A stretch of DNA of 64,000 bases from Octopus sinensis (GCF_006345805.1 NC_043003.1:29450001-29514000); one strand, 5' to 3'; shown: positions 1-12,662, counted from the stretch's first letter. The notes: generated from the letters alone by a model not told the origin. Numbers and translations are program-made.

Positions 1-36
1 TTGATTCGTTAAACCTAATTGCTTAAATCATTACAG

Positions 37-173
37 CACACAGCTTTGAGAGATAATGTCCACAAATTAGAAACCGAACAAAAACAACTTGAGAAACAAT
101 TAAGGCGAATGGAAACAACTAATATTGAGATGGTTAGCGAAACAAGAGCATTGGATGAGGAAATTGAATCTTT
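37..173 (+). CDS. Coding exon 1 in window of a long coiled-coil protein gene (5' part lies upstream); HTALRDNVHKLETEQKQ...DEEIES
   Basis: ttacag acceptor ending at 36, gtaagt donor at 174; open heptad-like frame; exits in phase 2, matching next exon (tt+t = F). Confidence 0.85.
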
Positions 174-208
174 GTAAGTCTTGTGTGGCAATTTCTTGCT
201 ATTTTTGT

Positions 209-520
209 TCATTCTGGTGGTGGTGGTAGTGGTAGTGGTTGTGGAAGTGTGGAGGACTTGTGGTGTTGATGTGGACAGTGGTGGTAGTGGTTGTGGTGGT
301 GCTTTAAGTGGGATGGAGCTGTTGTTGTTGTTGTTGGTGGTGGTGGTGATGTTGTTATTGTTAGTAGTTTGGTAGTTATCGGTGGTAGTAGAGCTGTTGG
401 CAATGGTAGTGAAGGGGTTGTTGTTGGTGGTGTTGTTGTTTGGGGGAAAGTGTTGCTCTTGTCAATGCTGGTGGTGGTTGTGGTGGTGGTGGTGGTGGCG
501 GCGGCGGCGGTGGTGGTATT
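209..520. repeat. Compound (GGT)n/(GTT)n trinucleotide low-complexity tract in intron 1
   Basis: Direct reading; gives spurious poly-T/V/P ORFs. Confidence 0.9.
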
Positions 521-859
521 TAACCTCCAAGCCAGCATTAATCAAGCGGAACTACAATCTAGGATATCCCTTCTGTTACCACCACAATTTACATGCAGTC
601 ATATTGCATATAAAATTACATTATCTAATAAAACCAACATGTCCTTCCCTTTTAAACATACTTGGGTGTAAGCAGAAAGATATATATTTTCCAGTGCATA
701 AGTACTGATAGAACAGCATATATAGGATAAAATCCTTACAGAGCAGAAAATTCCTATATCTTTCTACTTGTACTACAATACATTTCAGCGCTTCAAAAAC
801 AAACTTATGTTTGTTTACATATGACATAATACTTGGGTGTGATTTAACGGAACTTTGGC

Positions 860-1260
860 TGCTATTTATTGCAAGTCAAGTAACCACAAAGAAGCTTCTT
901 CATTGTCTTGTTATTGTTTACCTCAAAACCAGCCTTAATCAAGAAGAGCTATGGTCAAACATATTCCTGACATGGCCATCAAATTTACTTTCATATTGTA
1001 GTGTTGGGACTTTATTTCTTAATCCATTTGCCCTTTTTTTTTGTTTTTGAAGATGGTCATGTGTTATTCTTCAAAGGATTTTGTAACTGGTCATCACTAC
1101 TTGGCTCAAGACTAGGATTTGTAGTTGCTGTTGTTGTAGATGTTATAGTCAGGGGTAGTGATGCTGTCAATAGTTTCATCAATTGTTTAAGTGATTCCAT
1201 AACACAGAGAAAGGAAATTAGCTGAGTTGGTAAGACACTGAACAAGACTCCTTGCACTAT
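860..1260 (-). mobile_element. Degenerate LINE relic spanning ORF1 end and the APE N-terminus of ORF2
   Basis: Minus strand reads MTIF..(WN)ANGLRNK and a frameshifted MAM(Q)E(TW)L-like motif after an MESLKQLMKLL ORF; frameshifts and stops. Confidence 0.45.
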
Positions 1261-1543
1261 TTATTCTGGATTTTTGCCTACTAAGTTCAAAACCTATCTT
1301 AGGTAACCTTGCCTTTCATCCTTCGGAGGCTGATAAATAAAACACCAGTCAAGAGCAGTGAATTATTAGACTGTCAGTCCAAATGTCTTGTGTTATTTAC
1401 CCTAATTCTTTGTGTTCTGAATTCAGATCCTACCATGGCCTACTTTGGTTGTAGACTTAACCCAATCACTTGATTAAATACCACCATTTGGTCCTTGGTC
1501 ACTGCTACTGGAGTCCACTCTGTTGCAACATCCTGACTTTTAA

Positions 1544-1746
1544 CATTTAAACTGGCCATATCTGGCTCAAATATTCTTGTTCTATGTTAGCCAGATCTAG
1601 TTTCTTACACTAACCCTACAATGTCATTCTAAATATATACAATAACATCATCAAAGTCTTAAGGTTATGAGATAATGCATAATTAATTCAAACCATTGTG
1701 AACAAATATGCATTATATTTGACAAAGTAACCTGAATGCTAAAGGG
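1544..1746. mobile_element. piggyBac-like MITE; related partial copies at about 1805-1930 and 2260-2420
   Basis: Flanked by TTAA at 1540-1543 and 1747-1750; right end aatgctaaaggg; left TIR degenerate. Confidence 0.45.
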
Positions 1747-2693
1747 TTAAGGCTGGGAGTTTAAGAGCTGCAGCTCAGGGCCCTCTACTGAAGGCCTCCA
1801 TAGGTTAAGCTTTTAGCATTCAGCAGATTACTCTGTCAAATGTAATGCTTGTTTATTCCCACTGTTTTGAATTAATCATGCATTATCTTGTAGCTTTGAG
1901 ATTTCAATGATGTGATGACAAGTGACTGAGACCCTGGCAGTATGCTGTACTTGAGAAGATTCAACAAGTCAAGTGAAACTGTAGTCATAGCTGTTACCAG
2001 TGTCATGTAAGTGGCACCTGTGAAATTGTTGTCATGACCATTACTGGTGTCATGTAAATGGGACCCATGCCAGTGGCATGTAAAAAGCACCCATTACACT
2101 CTTGGTGTGGTTGGCATTAGGAAGGGCATCCAGCGAAATCAGACTGGAACCTGGTGCAGCTCTCAGGCTTACCATTTCTAGTCAAACCGTCTAACTTGTG
2201 CCAGCATGGAAAGTGGCCGTTAAATAATGATTCTGATGATGATTACGATTGTTTGTTTTTAGAATGACATTGAAGGGTAGGTGTGAAAGGCAAATCTGAC
2301 CACTTTGAACAGAAAACAGGTAGAATATTTGGGCTAGATCCGGTTAGTTTGAATATAAAACAGTTTGAATATAAAACCATATCTGGGCCAGATATGGCTG
2401 GTTTAAATGCTAATGGTTTAAGTGAAACGTTATTAAAAATATCATTGTAGGTCTCATAGTACATGACACCTAGAGGCCTATAAAATCATATTCCTGCTAC
2501 CACTACTACTACTGCTGCTGCTATTGTTACTACTACTGCTGCTGCTGTTGCTACAACTACTACCATCAGAAGTACCACCACCAACACGACAATTTTGTAT
2601 TTTCTATCTGTTGTTGTTTTAGTCCCAGCCATGGAACTAAATAATAAAACCATCGACAACATTTAGGTATTTTTCTATTTTAATTTGTTACAG

Positions 2694-2877
2694 TCAAACA
2701 CATAAAAGCGTGACTGACAGATCAGTGTCTCGAATTTCTTACGAGATTTTAAAGATGCAGAACGAATTACTGATGGCCAAAGATGAAGTGAAAAGGTTCC
2801 AGGATTTAAACGCCCATGTTAGATCATCGATCTGTCTGCAAGAGAAGTATAATCTTGAAAAAGAGAGAAATTTAGAG
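2694..2877 (+). CDS. Coiled-coil gene exon 2 in window; QTHKSVTDRS...LEKERNLE
   Basis: Polypyrimidine tract + cag ending 2693, gtttgg donor at 2878; phase 2 in, phase 0 out; overlaps ORF 2710..2913. Confidence 0.85.
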
Positions 2878-3274
2878 GTTTGGTCATCTTATCTGTGTTT
2901 TTTTTTTTTTTGATCTTATTTGATATTCTACTTGTGTGAAGAATGTTTGTAGGGTGGGGTGATCAATGTAAAATGTCAGTGGAAACGAATAATGTTAAAA
3001 ATGAAGGATGGGTATTGAATAGTGTTATTCCAGATAATGAGAAATATAACCAGTGTCACTGAAAAAGATAAGGATAAAATATATAGTTGTACCCTCATCT
3101 GATTATAATAGGAGAATACTGCAGTTAGGCAAATAATGGAAGAATCACAGAAATATTAGGGGTGCATGGGGAAGACTTGATGAGGAAATTAGGCTGAATG
3201 AGGTGGGATGTGTATATACACGTTTCCAGAACCTCAGATTGACTAAGATTGGTCGGTTTTTTCAAGCATACTAA

Positions 3275-4235
3275 CAGCTGTCATCATCTTTTGACATCTC
3301 CATGAGATTCAAAGCTTTCACTACTTTGTTGAATGTCTTCCTGAGACTCTCTCTTCCACAAGCTCCATCTACATTAAGTGGCCAGTACTTCTTTATACTG
3401 CTGACCTAATCCTATACATCACAAGATCGTACCAGCACAGTCTTCTCTCTTGCACACTCCATCTGATCCTTCTTATAACCAATTTTTTTCCTCAACACGT
3501 TGTAATTTGTTGTTCATGCACCTTTAATTTGAGGGAGATTTAACTGCTACTTCTTACAAGTAGATTGACCAAAAGAGGCTCATTCATTAATTCATCATAT
3601 AAGGCGTTTGGTTTAAAGATAAACCCTTACTGTTTGGTGAGAATGGGTGACATTCACCAGGTGTTGTAGATACATTTTTAGCTTGGCTTGCTGCAGTACT
3701 GCTTTTATTAAACATTTACCTGATTACCAGGTACATAATTCTTAATCTTTAATCCATCACCTAATTTAATACTTTTACCTGGCCCTCTGTGTATTTATAG
3801 TTGTATGCAGTCTGTAAGAAGCATTCTGGTCTGAGGATAACCTCCTCCCTTGCTTCCACCAGCTTTGGAACCACTAAAATGTGTTATAACTACTGTTGAC
3901 CCTCCTCAGGAAAGCTATAAAATTTGTTTAAGAATATATTTCCTTGCCATTTGGGATTTTGTGCATCTTCCCTGAGAACAGCACTCTAAAAGACTGCTGG
4001 CACCTTGACTCAGGAATCATCTGCTCTTGCTGAGACATTCATCAACTGTTTTCTTTTCTCTTCTTTTTTTTGCACTGGCCAAGTCTGGAGGAAGGGGCAG
4101 TGCCCAGGACCTTTCCAAGCTCTCTGAGACCAGTAAGATTGATGATTTCAATGATTGTCTTGAACATATTTGTAAGTCAACATTTGTGGCAATGATATGA
4201 TCAAAAAGGAAATTACAGAGGAAAGGATTGGACAC
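3275..4235 (-). mobile_element. Degenerate retroelement debris: RTE 3' ORF piece (about 3275-3500) plus a probable Penelope-like piece
   Basis: Similarity to the C-terminus of the 45389 RTE; KVHEQQIT-like GIY-YIG-adjacent motif; many stops. Confidence 0.4.
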
Positions 4236-4566
4236 AACAAATGTGTTAGGAAGAGTGGGGAGTTGAGTGGGCTGGAATAGCTGAGCAGAAGGAACATAAA
4301 CCCAGTCAGCTTTGAGGAGAAGAGGTCATTATGGTAGTGGTAGAAGGGGTAGAGAGTGGAGGCAGCACATGTCTGTGATCCAGAGGCTGGAGTGTGTTTG
4401 TGAGTGATTATACTAATCAGTCTGGTGGCCCTTTACTTGACATAGTCTATGGTGTCTGTGTGTGCAGCGGCAGCACCATCTCAGCTATCAGAGCAATATT
4501 CACTCCAAAGGTGAAATGCATTTATTGGCCTTATGAGTCTCTGCCACAGTGATGTTTATTTGGCTC

Positions 4567-4612
<46 letters not shown>

Positions 4613-4616
<4 letters not shown>

Positions 4617-4929
4617 CTTATAAAATAAGAGCAAAAGAAAAATTCTAATGCCAAATATGCCGAAAATAGACAAATTGTCAATAACCATTATAATTTATGC
4701 GTCTCAAAATTTTCTCCTCCTCAGCGATAAATACATATTTATCGCTGAGGAGGAGAAAATTCTTATGAATTAACTCTGAAATTGGGACCAATACGGTAAT
4801 AACGGAATTTTTTAGAAATTTCTATTGGCTTGTTTCGAGACACATAAATTATAATGGTTATTGACAATTTGTCTATTTTCGGCATGTTTGGCATTAGAAT
4901 TTTTCTTTTGCCCTTATTTTATAAGTTAT
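4613..4929. mobile_element. Foldback/MITE with 93-bp terminal inverted repeats and an internal perfect 26-bp hairpin
   Basis: Arms 4613-4705 and 4837-4929 match at 90/93; hairpin arms 4708-4733 and 4736-4761; left end abuts (TA)n. Confidence 0.85.
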
Positions 4930-5013
4930 TTATAAATTTAACCTTTAAAGGTATTTTTTAATATGCTGGCCATTGATATAATTTTTTTTTTCAAAAAAAT
5001 GTTATCCTACATT

Positions 5014-5048
<35 letters not shown>

Positions 5049-5051
<3 letters not shown>

Positions 5052-5490
5052 TCATCATCATCATCATCGTTTAACGTCCGTTCTCCATGCTAGCATGGGT
5101 TGGACGGTTCGACCGGGGATCTGGGAAGCCAGAAGGCTGCACCAGGCTCCAGTCTTATCTGGCAGTGTTTCTACAGCTGGATGCCCTTCCTAACGCCAAC
5201 CACTCCGTGAGTGTAGTGGGTGCTTTTTACGTGCCACCTGCACAGGTGCCAGGCGAGGTTGGCAATGGCCACGGTCGGATTGGAGTATTTTATGTGCCAT
5301 CGGCACAGAAGCCAGACGAGGCGGTGCTGGCATCGGCCACGAGTCGGATGTATATATACATATATATACATAAACACTGCCAGATCAGACTGGAGCCTGG
5401 CACAGCCTCCTGGCTTCCCAGACCCCGGTCAAACTGTCCAACCTATGCTAGCATGGAAAACAGACATTAAACGATGATGATGATGATGAT
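5049..5490. mobile_element. Two RTE 3'-end copies in head-to-head orientation inside (TA)n
   Basis: Both ends carry the ...ccaacccatgctagcatgg...acgttaaacgatgatga terminus with a (TGA)n tail, as at 42851. Confidence 0.85.
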
Positions 5491-5680
5491 TATATATATA
5501 TATGTAGTGTTTTGACAAAATAAGTTTCACAGTATCATGCCTTTTGATGATGTGTATACATTTGGTACCATACACGGATAGCAATTTCAATATAGTGTTG
5601 TTTCAATTGCATTTACTGAAATATTAATTGTAATGAGAAGTCTGAAGTCTAATAATTTTTGTTTTTCTTTTTAATATCAG

Positions 5681-5812
5681 AGTTTGCTGCAAGACCTGAA
5701 AAAAAAAGTGGAAGAAGAAAATGAAAAATATGAGGCTTTGAGCAATGAAGTTGATGAAGAAAATACAAAACTTGAAGAAATTATAAAAGGTTATGAGAAA
5801 GAGAAAGAAGAA
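5681..5812 (+). CDS. Coiled-coil gene exon 3 in window; SLLQDLKKKVEEENEK...EKEKEE
   Basis: T-rich tract + cag ending 5680, gtaagt at 5813; 132 nt, phase 0/0; E/K-rich. Confidence 0.9.
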
Positions 5813-6099
5813 GTAAGTATATTTGATGAACAACAAATGTTTTTAAGTTATTGAGGAACTGGCAGAGTCAATAGAGCATTAGACAGAATGCCTTGTGATA
5901 TTTGTTTTGACTCTCTGCACCCTGAGTTCAAATCCCACCAAGAGCTACTTTGTTTATCATCCTTCTGGGGTGTCAATAAAATGCTGATTCAGAGTGGTCG
6001 ATTGCCAGATTGTAAGACTTTTGGAACTTTTGGACTGGATATACCTTGGAGTATTTGTTTCAGCTCCTTGTGTTCTGAGTTCAAATCCTGCCACGGCTT

Positions 6100-7706
6100 A
6101 CTTGGGTAGTAGGCTTAACCTGTCGCCAGCTTCACACCAGTTCAAGGCCTCGATGTCAACAAGGGTCACGGCCCTGACGGCATACACCCATGGGTTATCA
6201 AAGCGTTGGCTCTGGTCATCTGTGAGCCCTTAACACGTCTATTCAATATGTCATTGGCAATGGGTGTTATACCTGTGGACTGGAGAACAGCGATAATCTG
6301 CCTAATTTTTAAGAAAGGGAGCCGCGAAGACCCGCTTAACTACCGACCGGTTTTCCTTACATCAATAATCAGCAAGATGTTCAAAACCATCATTAAGTAA
6401 AGTATGATGCTCCACCGCCAAAACACAGCCTCTATCTCTGATTCCCAACATGGCTTTGTGCCGATGAGATCATGCTTGACCAACTTACTGGTAACGGAAG
6501 AATTGGTGATGCGCATCCTCGATGATAGTAATGCTGTTGACATCATTTTATTGGACTTTGCCAAAGCTTTTGACTCGGTAAACCACCCCCTATTACTTGT
6601 CAAGCTTCAAGCATATAGTTTCCATCCGGATATTGTACGATGGGTTGGTGCCTTTCTCTCAGATCGCTCCTTCCAAGTCCAAGTTAATGGTTCGCGGTCC
6701 GACGTCTCCAGTGCGAGCAGTGGCGTGCCTCAAGGTTCAATGCTTGGGCCCTTATTGTTCTTAGTCTTCATAAATGACTTGCCCGACGACCTCACGCAAC
6801 ACACCCTTCTATTTGCTGACGATGTCAAACTGGTCACTCCTCGCGGTGATATAGAGGATCTTCGTCGATGCCTCCACTATATTTGGAGATGGTCTAACGA
6901 ATGGGACCTGTGTCTGAACGTGTCAAAGTGCTGTCATCTGCCTGTTGGCTCTCCTCCTGCAACTCAACTTGATTTTGAGCCGGGTCATCTGCTGCTGGAG
7001 AAGACCGGTCAGGTAAAGGACCTGGGTATCTTGGTGGATTCCTCCTTTTCGCCTTCAGCCCAGTGCGTCCATGATGCCAACAAAGCACGCGGAATTCTGT
7101 TCTTGATTCGACGGTCATTCGGAATGCTCAGAGCAGCCATATTCCTACCGCTCTATGTCACGCTGGTGAGACCCATATTGGAGTATGGGATTCAAGCCTC
7201 TTCTCCTTATCTCCTCAAAGACATACAGCATCTCGAAAGAGTCCAGAAGCTGGCTACCCGCATGGTTCTTGGTCTCAAGAATTTGTCTTATGAAGAAAGG
7301 CTGAAGACACTCGACCTTTATTCTCTAGAAAAACGATGACGCCGTGGAGATCTCATTCTTGCTCACAACATCATAAGCGGAAAGTGTAACCTCTCGAAAG
7401 AGCTGTTCTTCACTCCTGCTCCAGAGCGTCGGCTGCGGGGTCATTCCGAAAAGCTCTATCTGCGACGATTTCATCTCAATCGAAGGAGAGGGGCTTTCTC
7501 CGTCCGGGTTGCGGATCCATGGAATAAGCTGCCAGACGAGATGGTGAAGATGCCGACGACCGCTCGGTTCAAAGTCTCCCTTGACCTCAAGTGGCCTGAA
7601 CTCTTTACATGAACACCACCCTGTACATAACTCCATGTCCCCCTACATGGCCTTGCTTTTTGCTTTTTGAGCCAAAAAATTAACTAACTAACTAACTAAC
7701 TAACTA
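6100..7706 (+). mobile_element. 5'-truncated CR1-clade LINE: RT ORF2 with two in-frame stops, 3' UTR and (TAAC)n tail
   Basis: KGHGPDGI, NYRP, QHGF, DFAKAFDSV, GVPQGS, LFADD motifs; stops at 6398-6400 and 7337-7339; natural stop 7610-7612; tail 7681-7706. Confidence 0.93.
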
Positions 7707-8029
7707 GCACCTAACAACTTGAGTGCCTTTAGTGGAGTCTACTCTGTTATAAGTACTTGGGCCAGATCTCTGAAAGCTTCCCTCCCTCCGCTTCCCTCAG
7801 AAAGCTTCCCTCCCTCCGCTTAAGAAGCCTTGTGAAGTATCATGGTCACTGCCTTCCTTCCTGACTAAAAAGATAAGAATATCTGATTATAATTTGCTTT
7901 TTTAATTGAATAATACTCACCCAAAAAATGAAGATCAAGTGAGGTTAAAGTAGCATTCATTTGTTTTTATGTCTGCTTTTTTTTTTCATGCTAACAAAGG
8001 TTAAATGAATGTATTGGTTTCATAAGGCA

Positions 8030-8419
8030 TGTAACGTGAAAGGATCTATCATCGAAGCACTGGCAGGGTGTCGAGATCTTTCTAGTCACATACAAAAATT
8101 CTTGTAGAAAACAAACAGACGAAACTCAGGTTAAAGGTGAACAGACAACAGTTTGGGTTTATTGATTCATGGTTGTACGTTGTCTGGTGGGAGAAAGACA
8201 GCCTCTGATATACTGCTGGTGTTGGTCGTTGAGGTTGGTTGCTGGTGTGTGGCTGTCAGAGCCAGGAAAACGTGACCGATCGCAGTGCTGTCTTGAGCCG
8301 AAGAGAGAGATTTGAGGTTCGCGGGCTCGAGAGATGTTTTCCCGCACATGCGCATGGGGAAGACTTCCGGTGGCCACCCGGAAGTAGTCCCATTCTGCGC
8401 ATGCGCGCCGAACCCTACA
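8030..8419 (-). mobile_element. Probable solo LTR
   Basis: TGTA...TACA termini, GC/CpG-rich, minus-strand AATAAA (plus tttatt 8158-8163); no TSD found. Confidence 0.65.
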
Positions 8420-8435
8420 CAGTAGCATCACTACA

Positions 8436-8862
8436 GGCAGAAAGCTGGCAGAAACATTAGCACGCCAGGCGAAATGCTTAGCAGTATTTCATCTGTATTT
8501 ACATTCTGAGTTCAAATTCCACCAAGCTCAACTTTACCTTTCATCCTTTCGGGATCAATAAATTAAGTACCAGTTGTATACTGGGGTCGATCTAATCAAC
8601 TGGCCCTCTCCACCAAAATTTCAGGCCTTGTACCTAGAATAGAAAAGAATATATTGGTTTCAAATTTTTGCACAAGCCCAGCACTTTCAGGAGAGGGTAA
8701 GTCAATTAAATCAACCCCAGTGCCCAACTGATACTTACTTTATTGATCCCGAAAGGATGAAAAGTAAAGTTGATCTCAGCAAAACTTGAACTCAGAATAT
8801 AAAGATGGATGAAATTCCCGCTAAGCATTTTGCTCGGCATGCTGACAATTCTGCCTGCTCAT
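8436..8862. mobile_element. Two copies of an abundant tRNA-derived SINE family, tail to tail (+ about 8436-8650, - about 8655-8862)
   Basis: ctggcagaaac..ttctgagttcaaattcc..tttcatcctttcgggg..ggggtcgat core; further copies at about 1290-1440, 9711-9921, 10565-10795, 21925-22102, 38007-38165, 38826-39030, 47612-47800. Confidence 0.8.
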
Positions 8863-10110
8863 CTTATTGAATGAATATATTAACGAGGCATTGTTTTACA
8901 GTCAGATACCCTTCCTGTCACTAACCATTGCTTGTTTTTCACATAATGGATTTCTTACTTCATACATCTTCAAAGACATAAAGATGTTCACAAGAAAATG
9001 ACAGCAACACCACTGCACATAGCTTGGGGGTTTTCAGAGAAATGCTAATGTAAATAAATGGGCAAACTCACACATGTACATGCATGCACAAACACACGCA
9101 CACACACACACACGCACACACATACACACACACACACACATACACACACATGGATGCATGCATATGTAGTGAAACATACAGCTGGTATAATGTGTTGATG
9201 TGACTGTGTGTATGTTATCACAAGGGTTCATGCAGAGATGGAAAGAATAAATACAAGATCTATACATTTACTACATAAAAATATAATTTTATTCTTTTTT
9301 CGATGATGATCCATGAAACCAAATTGTAGTAGCTAGTTGAAGAAATCTTATGCAAGAAAGTTCAGGAAATGTAGAACAACAGCAAAGTGGTGGCTTTCAG
9401 TCATCTTGGCTATAGAGAAAGATACAGGCATATCAACAATGTGAATGGCTGTAAGTCAGATTGACTAAGAAGTAAAATGCTGGGTTAGCAAGCTGTTTTT
9501 ATTTATGGAACGCTAGACATTCTAGAAACGCCAAACTTCATGAATAATTAAGAATCCTATCTCATGATATTGATGCTGCGAGAAGCTTAGGAAGGGAGGT
9601 TACTCTATGATCTTACTTGCAAGGGAGATCATTCAACTATCTACATACACCACTACACATACATACTCATGTATGTGCACTCACACATACATACATACAT
9701 ATAATATTGATTTCAAATTTCGACATAAGACCAGCAGGTTTGAAGAAGGAGCCAAGTCAATTCTATCAACCCCAGTGTTCAACTGCTACTTATTTTATCA
9801 ACTCCAAAAGAATAAAAGGCAATGTTGACCCCAGCAGAATTTGAACTGAGAACTTAAAGTCAGATTAAGTGCCACTAAGCATTTTGTCTGGCATGACAGT
9901 GATTCTGCCAGCTCACCACCTCACATACATATAATATTAATGTTTATTTTTTATGTCGAGTTATGTATAAAAAGAATTTAGCTCTAAACTTAAAGAGCAC
10001 TCCATACTTTCTAGTAGAGTCTATGTTTATTAAACTTTTACTAGCAGTAAGATGATAGTCACTTCAAAATTTCAGTTTGCAAGCCTTCATCAGTTTGTAC
10101 AGATACATAC

Positions 10111-10160
<50 letters not shown>

Positions 10161-10941
10161 GTATTTTACTAGGGAAGGCCGATTTATGAGGTTACCCTGG
10201 GTTTTCCATCCATCCTCAGACCCCAAGACTTGTTGGCCTAAGACCTCTTTAAAATACAGAGGGGATTAGATCATGCACAGCAGTGACAGGAAGAGGTCAG
10301 AGGGCAACTGGACAGCGTGAAGGCAAGACATGTGTGCATGAGGAAGAGACAAGAACGTCCACGTGGGTAGTGAGAGAATATTCCCTCCAGATCGACAGAT
10401 AAGAAAGCGTGAATTCTCCTTTTTCCTAATTTCCCCTTCATTCTACAAAATCTAGTTCAAGACACTTGCCCAAAGTACCACACATGGGACTGAACCTGAA
10501 ACTACAATGTTGAGAAGTGAGCTTCTTAACCACACAGCCATACATCTGTCATATATGGAAACAAGTGGTGAGCTGGCAGAAACGTTAGTGCGCCGGGCGA
10601 AATGCTTAGCGGTATTTCGTCTGTCGTTACGTTCTGAGTTCAAATTCTGCTGAGGTCGACTTTGCCTTTCATCCTTTCGGGGTCGATAAATAAAGTACCA
10701 GTTTCGCACTGGGGTCGATGTAATCGACTTAATCACTTTGTCTGTCCTTGTTTGTCCCCTCTATGTTTAACCCCTTGTGGGCAGTAAAGAAATATATATG
10801 GAAACAAGCTCCAGTTTAGTATCTTATACTTCTGTCACAAAAATAGATTCTGCACAGTAACACATCCTGTATAACGTCCAGTCACCTGATCACCTGCCAT
10901 TGTATATTACATGATATTTCTTTTCTATTGATCTTTTCTAG

Positions 10942-11034
10942 CTGCTTAAACATGAACAAGAAACAATTGACTTTGTGAATGCCCTGGAGGAGAAATTAGT
11001 AAAACTGAATTATTTGAAATCTCAAAGGCAAAAG
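10942..11034 (+). CDS. Coiled-coil gene exon 4 in window; LLKHEQETIDF...KSQRQK
   Basis: ttttctag acceptor, gtaaac donor at 11035; 93 nt, phase 0/0. Confidence 0.85.
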
Positions 11035-11858
11035 GTAAACTTGATATTTCTAAAAGTTGGAAGGTAATACTTTGTTAAATGATGTTTTTTTTTTTTCACA
11101 TTTATCAAGGTGCAGACATCATTGCGTGGTTAAGAAGTTTGTTCCCAAACTACATGGTTTTGAGTTCACCACTTCTACAATGGCCCCATTGTAGTTGAGA
11201 CACTAGATGTATTCAGCCTTAGATATTTCCCGGGATCCAAGGACAATATTATCAATGGCTTCTTCATATTTCCCACATTGTGAGCCTGTAGATGACCAAA
11301 GTAACTAGGAACCCAGTTATCTTGTTCTTCCACATATTTAATGGCCCAGCAGAAAAGATAGTAAACTATTTCCTCTTAGAACATGAGTTCATATCTTGCT
11401 ACATGCAGTCGGTTCACTGTGTCACTGGGTTGTGTGAAATATGATTAGTTTTATGGCAAGAAGACAACAAATAAGGTCCACAAATTTACAATGTGCATTT
11501 GTTTGGCTTTGAGACATTTCAGTTTAAGGATTTGTTTCCTCATTTGACAGATTCACATGCTACAATTCCCTGAGACATTCAGTCTTAAACTGTAATGTTA
11601 TAGCTGGACAACTATATTAAACAGGAGAGGACTAAGAACCAAGCCTTGAGAGATACCCATCAACACATGATGTACAATGTGTATATGTGTGCACATGTTT
11701 GTGCACATATGTTTTTTGTTTGTTTGTTTGTATGTGTATATGAGTTGTTGATTTTGACAGGATTTGAACTCAGAGCACAAAAAGTCAAATAAATATTGCA
11801 AGGCATTTTATCTAATGCCCCATCAACTCTTCCAGTTTGTCACCCCCACCTTATTGTG

Positions 11859-12402
11859 AGAGATCTCCTCGGTGACCAAAGGGCGAATCTACCAGGCCTT
11901 CATTTGTACTATCTTCCTCTATGGCAGTGAAACATGGCCTATGAGGGTTAGTCGATCAGCAAAGGCTGGAAGTGTTCGACAATGACTGTCTCTGCCGCAT
12001 TCTTTGCTGCCGACGCATTGATCGGGTTCCTACAGCTGGACTTCATCATCGCCTGAATCTCTGGCCCCTCCCTTCAGTGCTTCTACAATGGCGCTTAAGG
12101 TGGTTTGGTCATGCGGCCTGGTGTCCAGAGTGATGTCCTCCTCCCACTTCCACTTCCCAGCTGGCGCAAACGCACGGGCAGGCAACTGAAGACCTGAGCA
12201 GTGACGATAAAGGAGGACCTCTCCGAACTATCAGGTCCGCAGGTGGTTAGTCTGCACAGATGGAACCACGAATTGCTCACTGTCTCCAGTGACCTCGCAC
12301 AGGACTGTCGAGCATGGGCCACCACGGTTCATGATGCCGTCAGGACCAGAGAAGAAGCTGGCTCAACCTGCCCTGGGTGAACACTGTCACAAGTACAAAG
12401 TA
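11859..12402 (+). mobile_element. 5'-truncated RTE LINE of a second lineage with a 12-bp TSD
   Basis: KGRIY, LYGSETW, LRWFGH, WRKRTGRQLKT motifs; caagtacaaagta tail; TSD caccttattgtg at 11847-11858 and 12403-12414. Confidence 0.9.
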
Positions 12403-12548
12403 CACCTTATTGTGTATCTAGAAGTAATATACTCTCTCTAGGACTATTGTTTAATGTGTTCAAATTTGGCTCTTTTTTTCCCCAGAGAATGAATGCTCAC
12501 ATAAAGAACTTCCTATCAGCTGATAATTTTTTAAATTTCTTTTTGCAG

Positions 12549-12662
12549 GTCATAGAGTCTTTAATGCAGAAGAAAAAGAACCTTGAAAATAAATTCGATG
12601 AAAGGCTTCAAGATGATAATGGTTATTTGGAGAAGCTAACTCCATACAAGGAAATGTTAAGT
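12549..12662 (+). CDS. Coiled-coil gene exon 5 in window; VIESLMQKKKNLENKF...YKEMLS
   Basis: ttttgcag acceptor, gtaagt at 12663; 114 nt, phase 0/0. Confidence 0.88.

Noticed and set aside
4700-4760. CTGAGGA hammerhead-like core in the 4613 foldback
   Set aside because: GAGAC instead of GAAAC and no stem I pairing.
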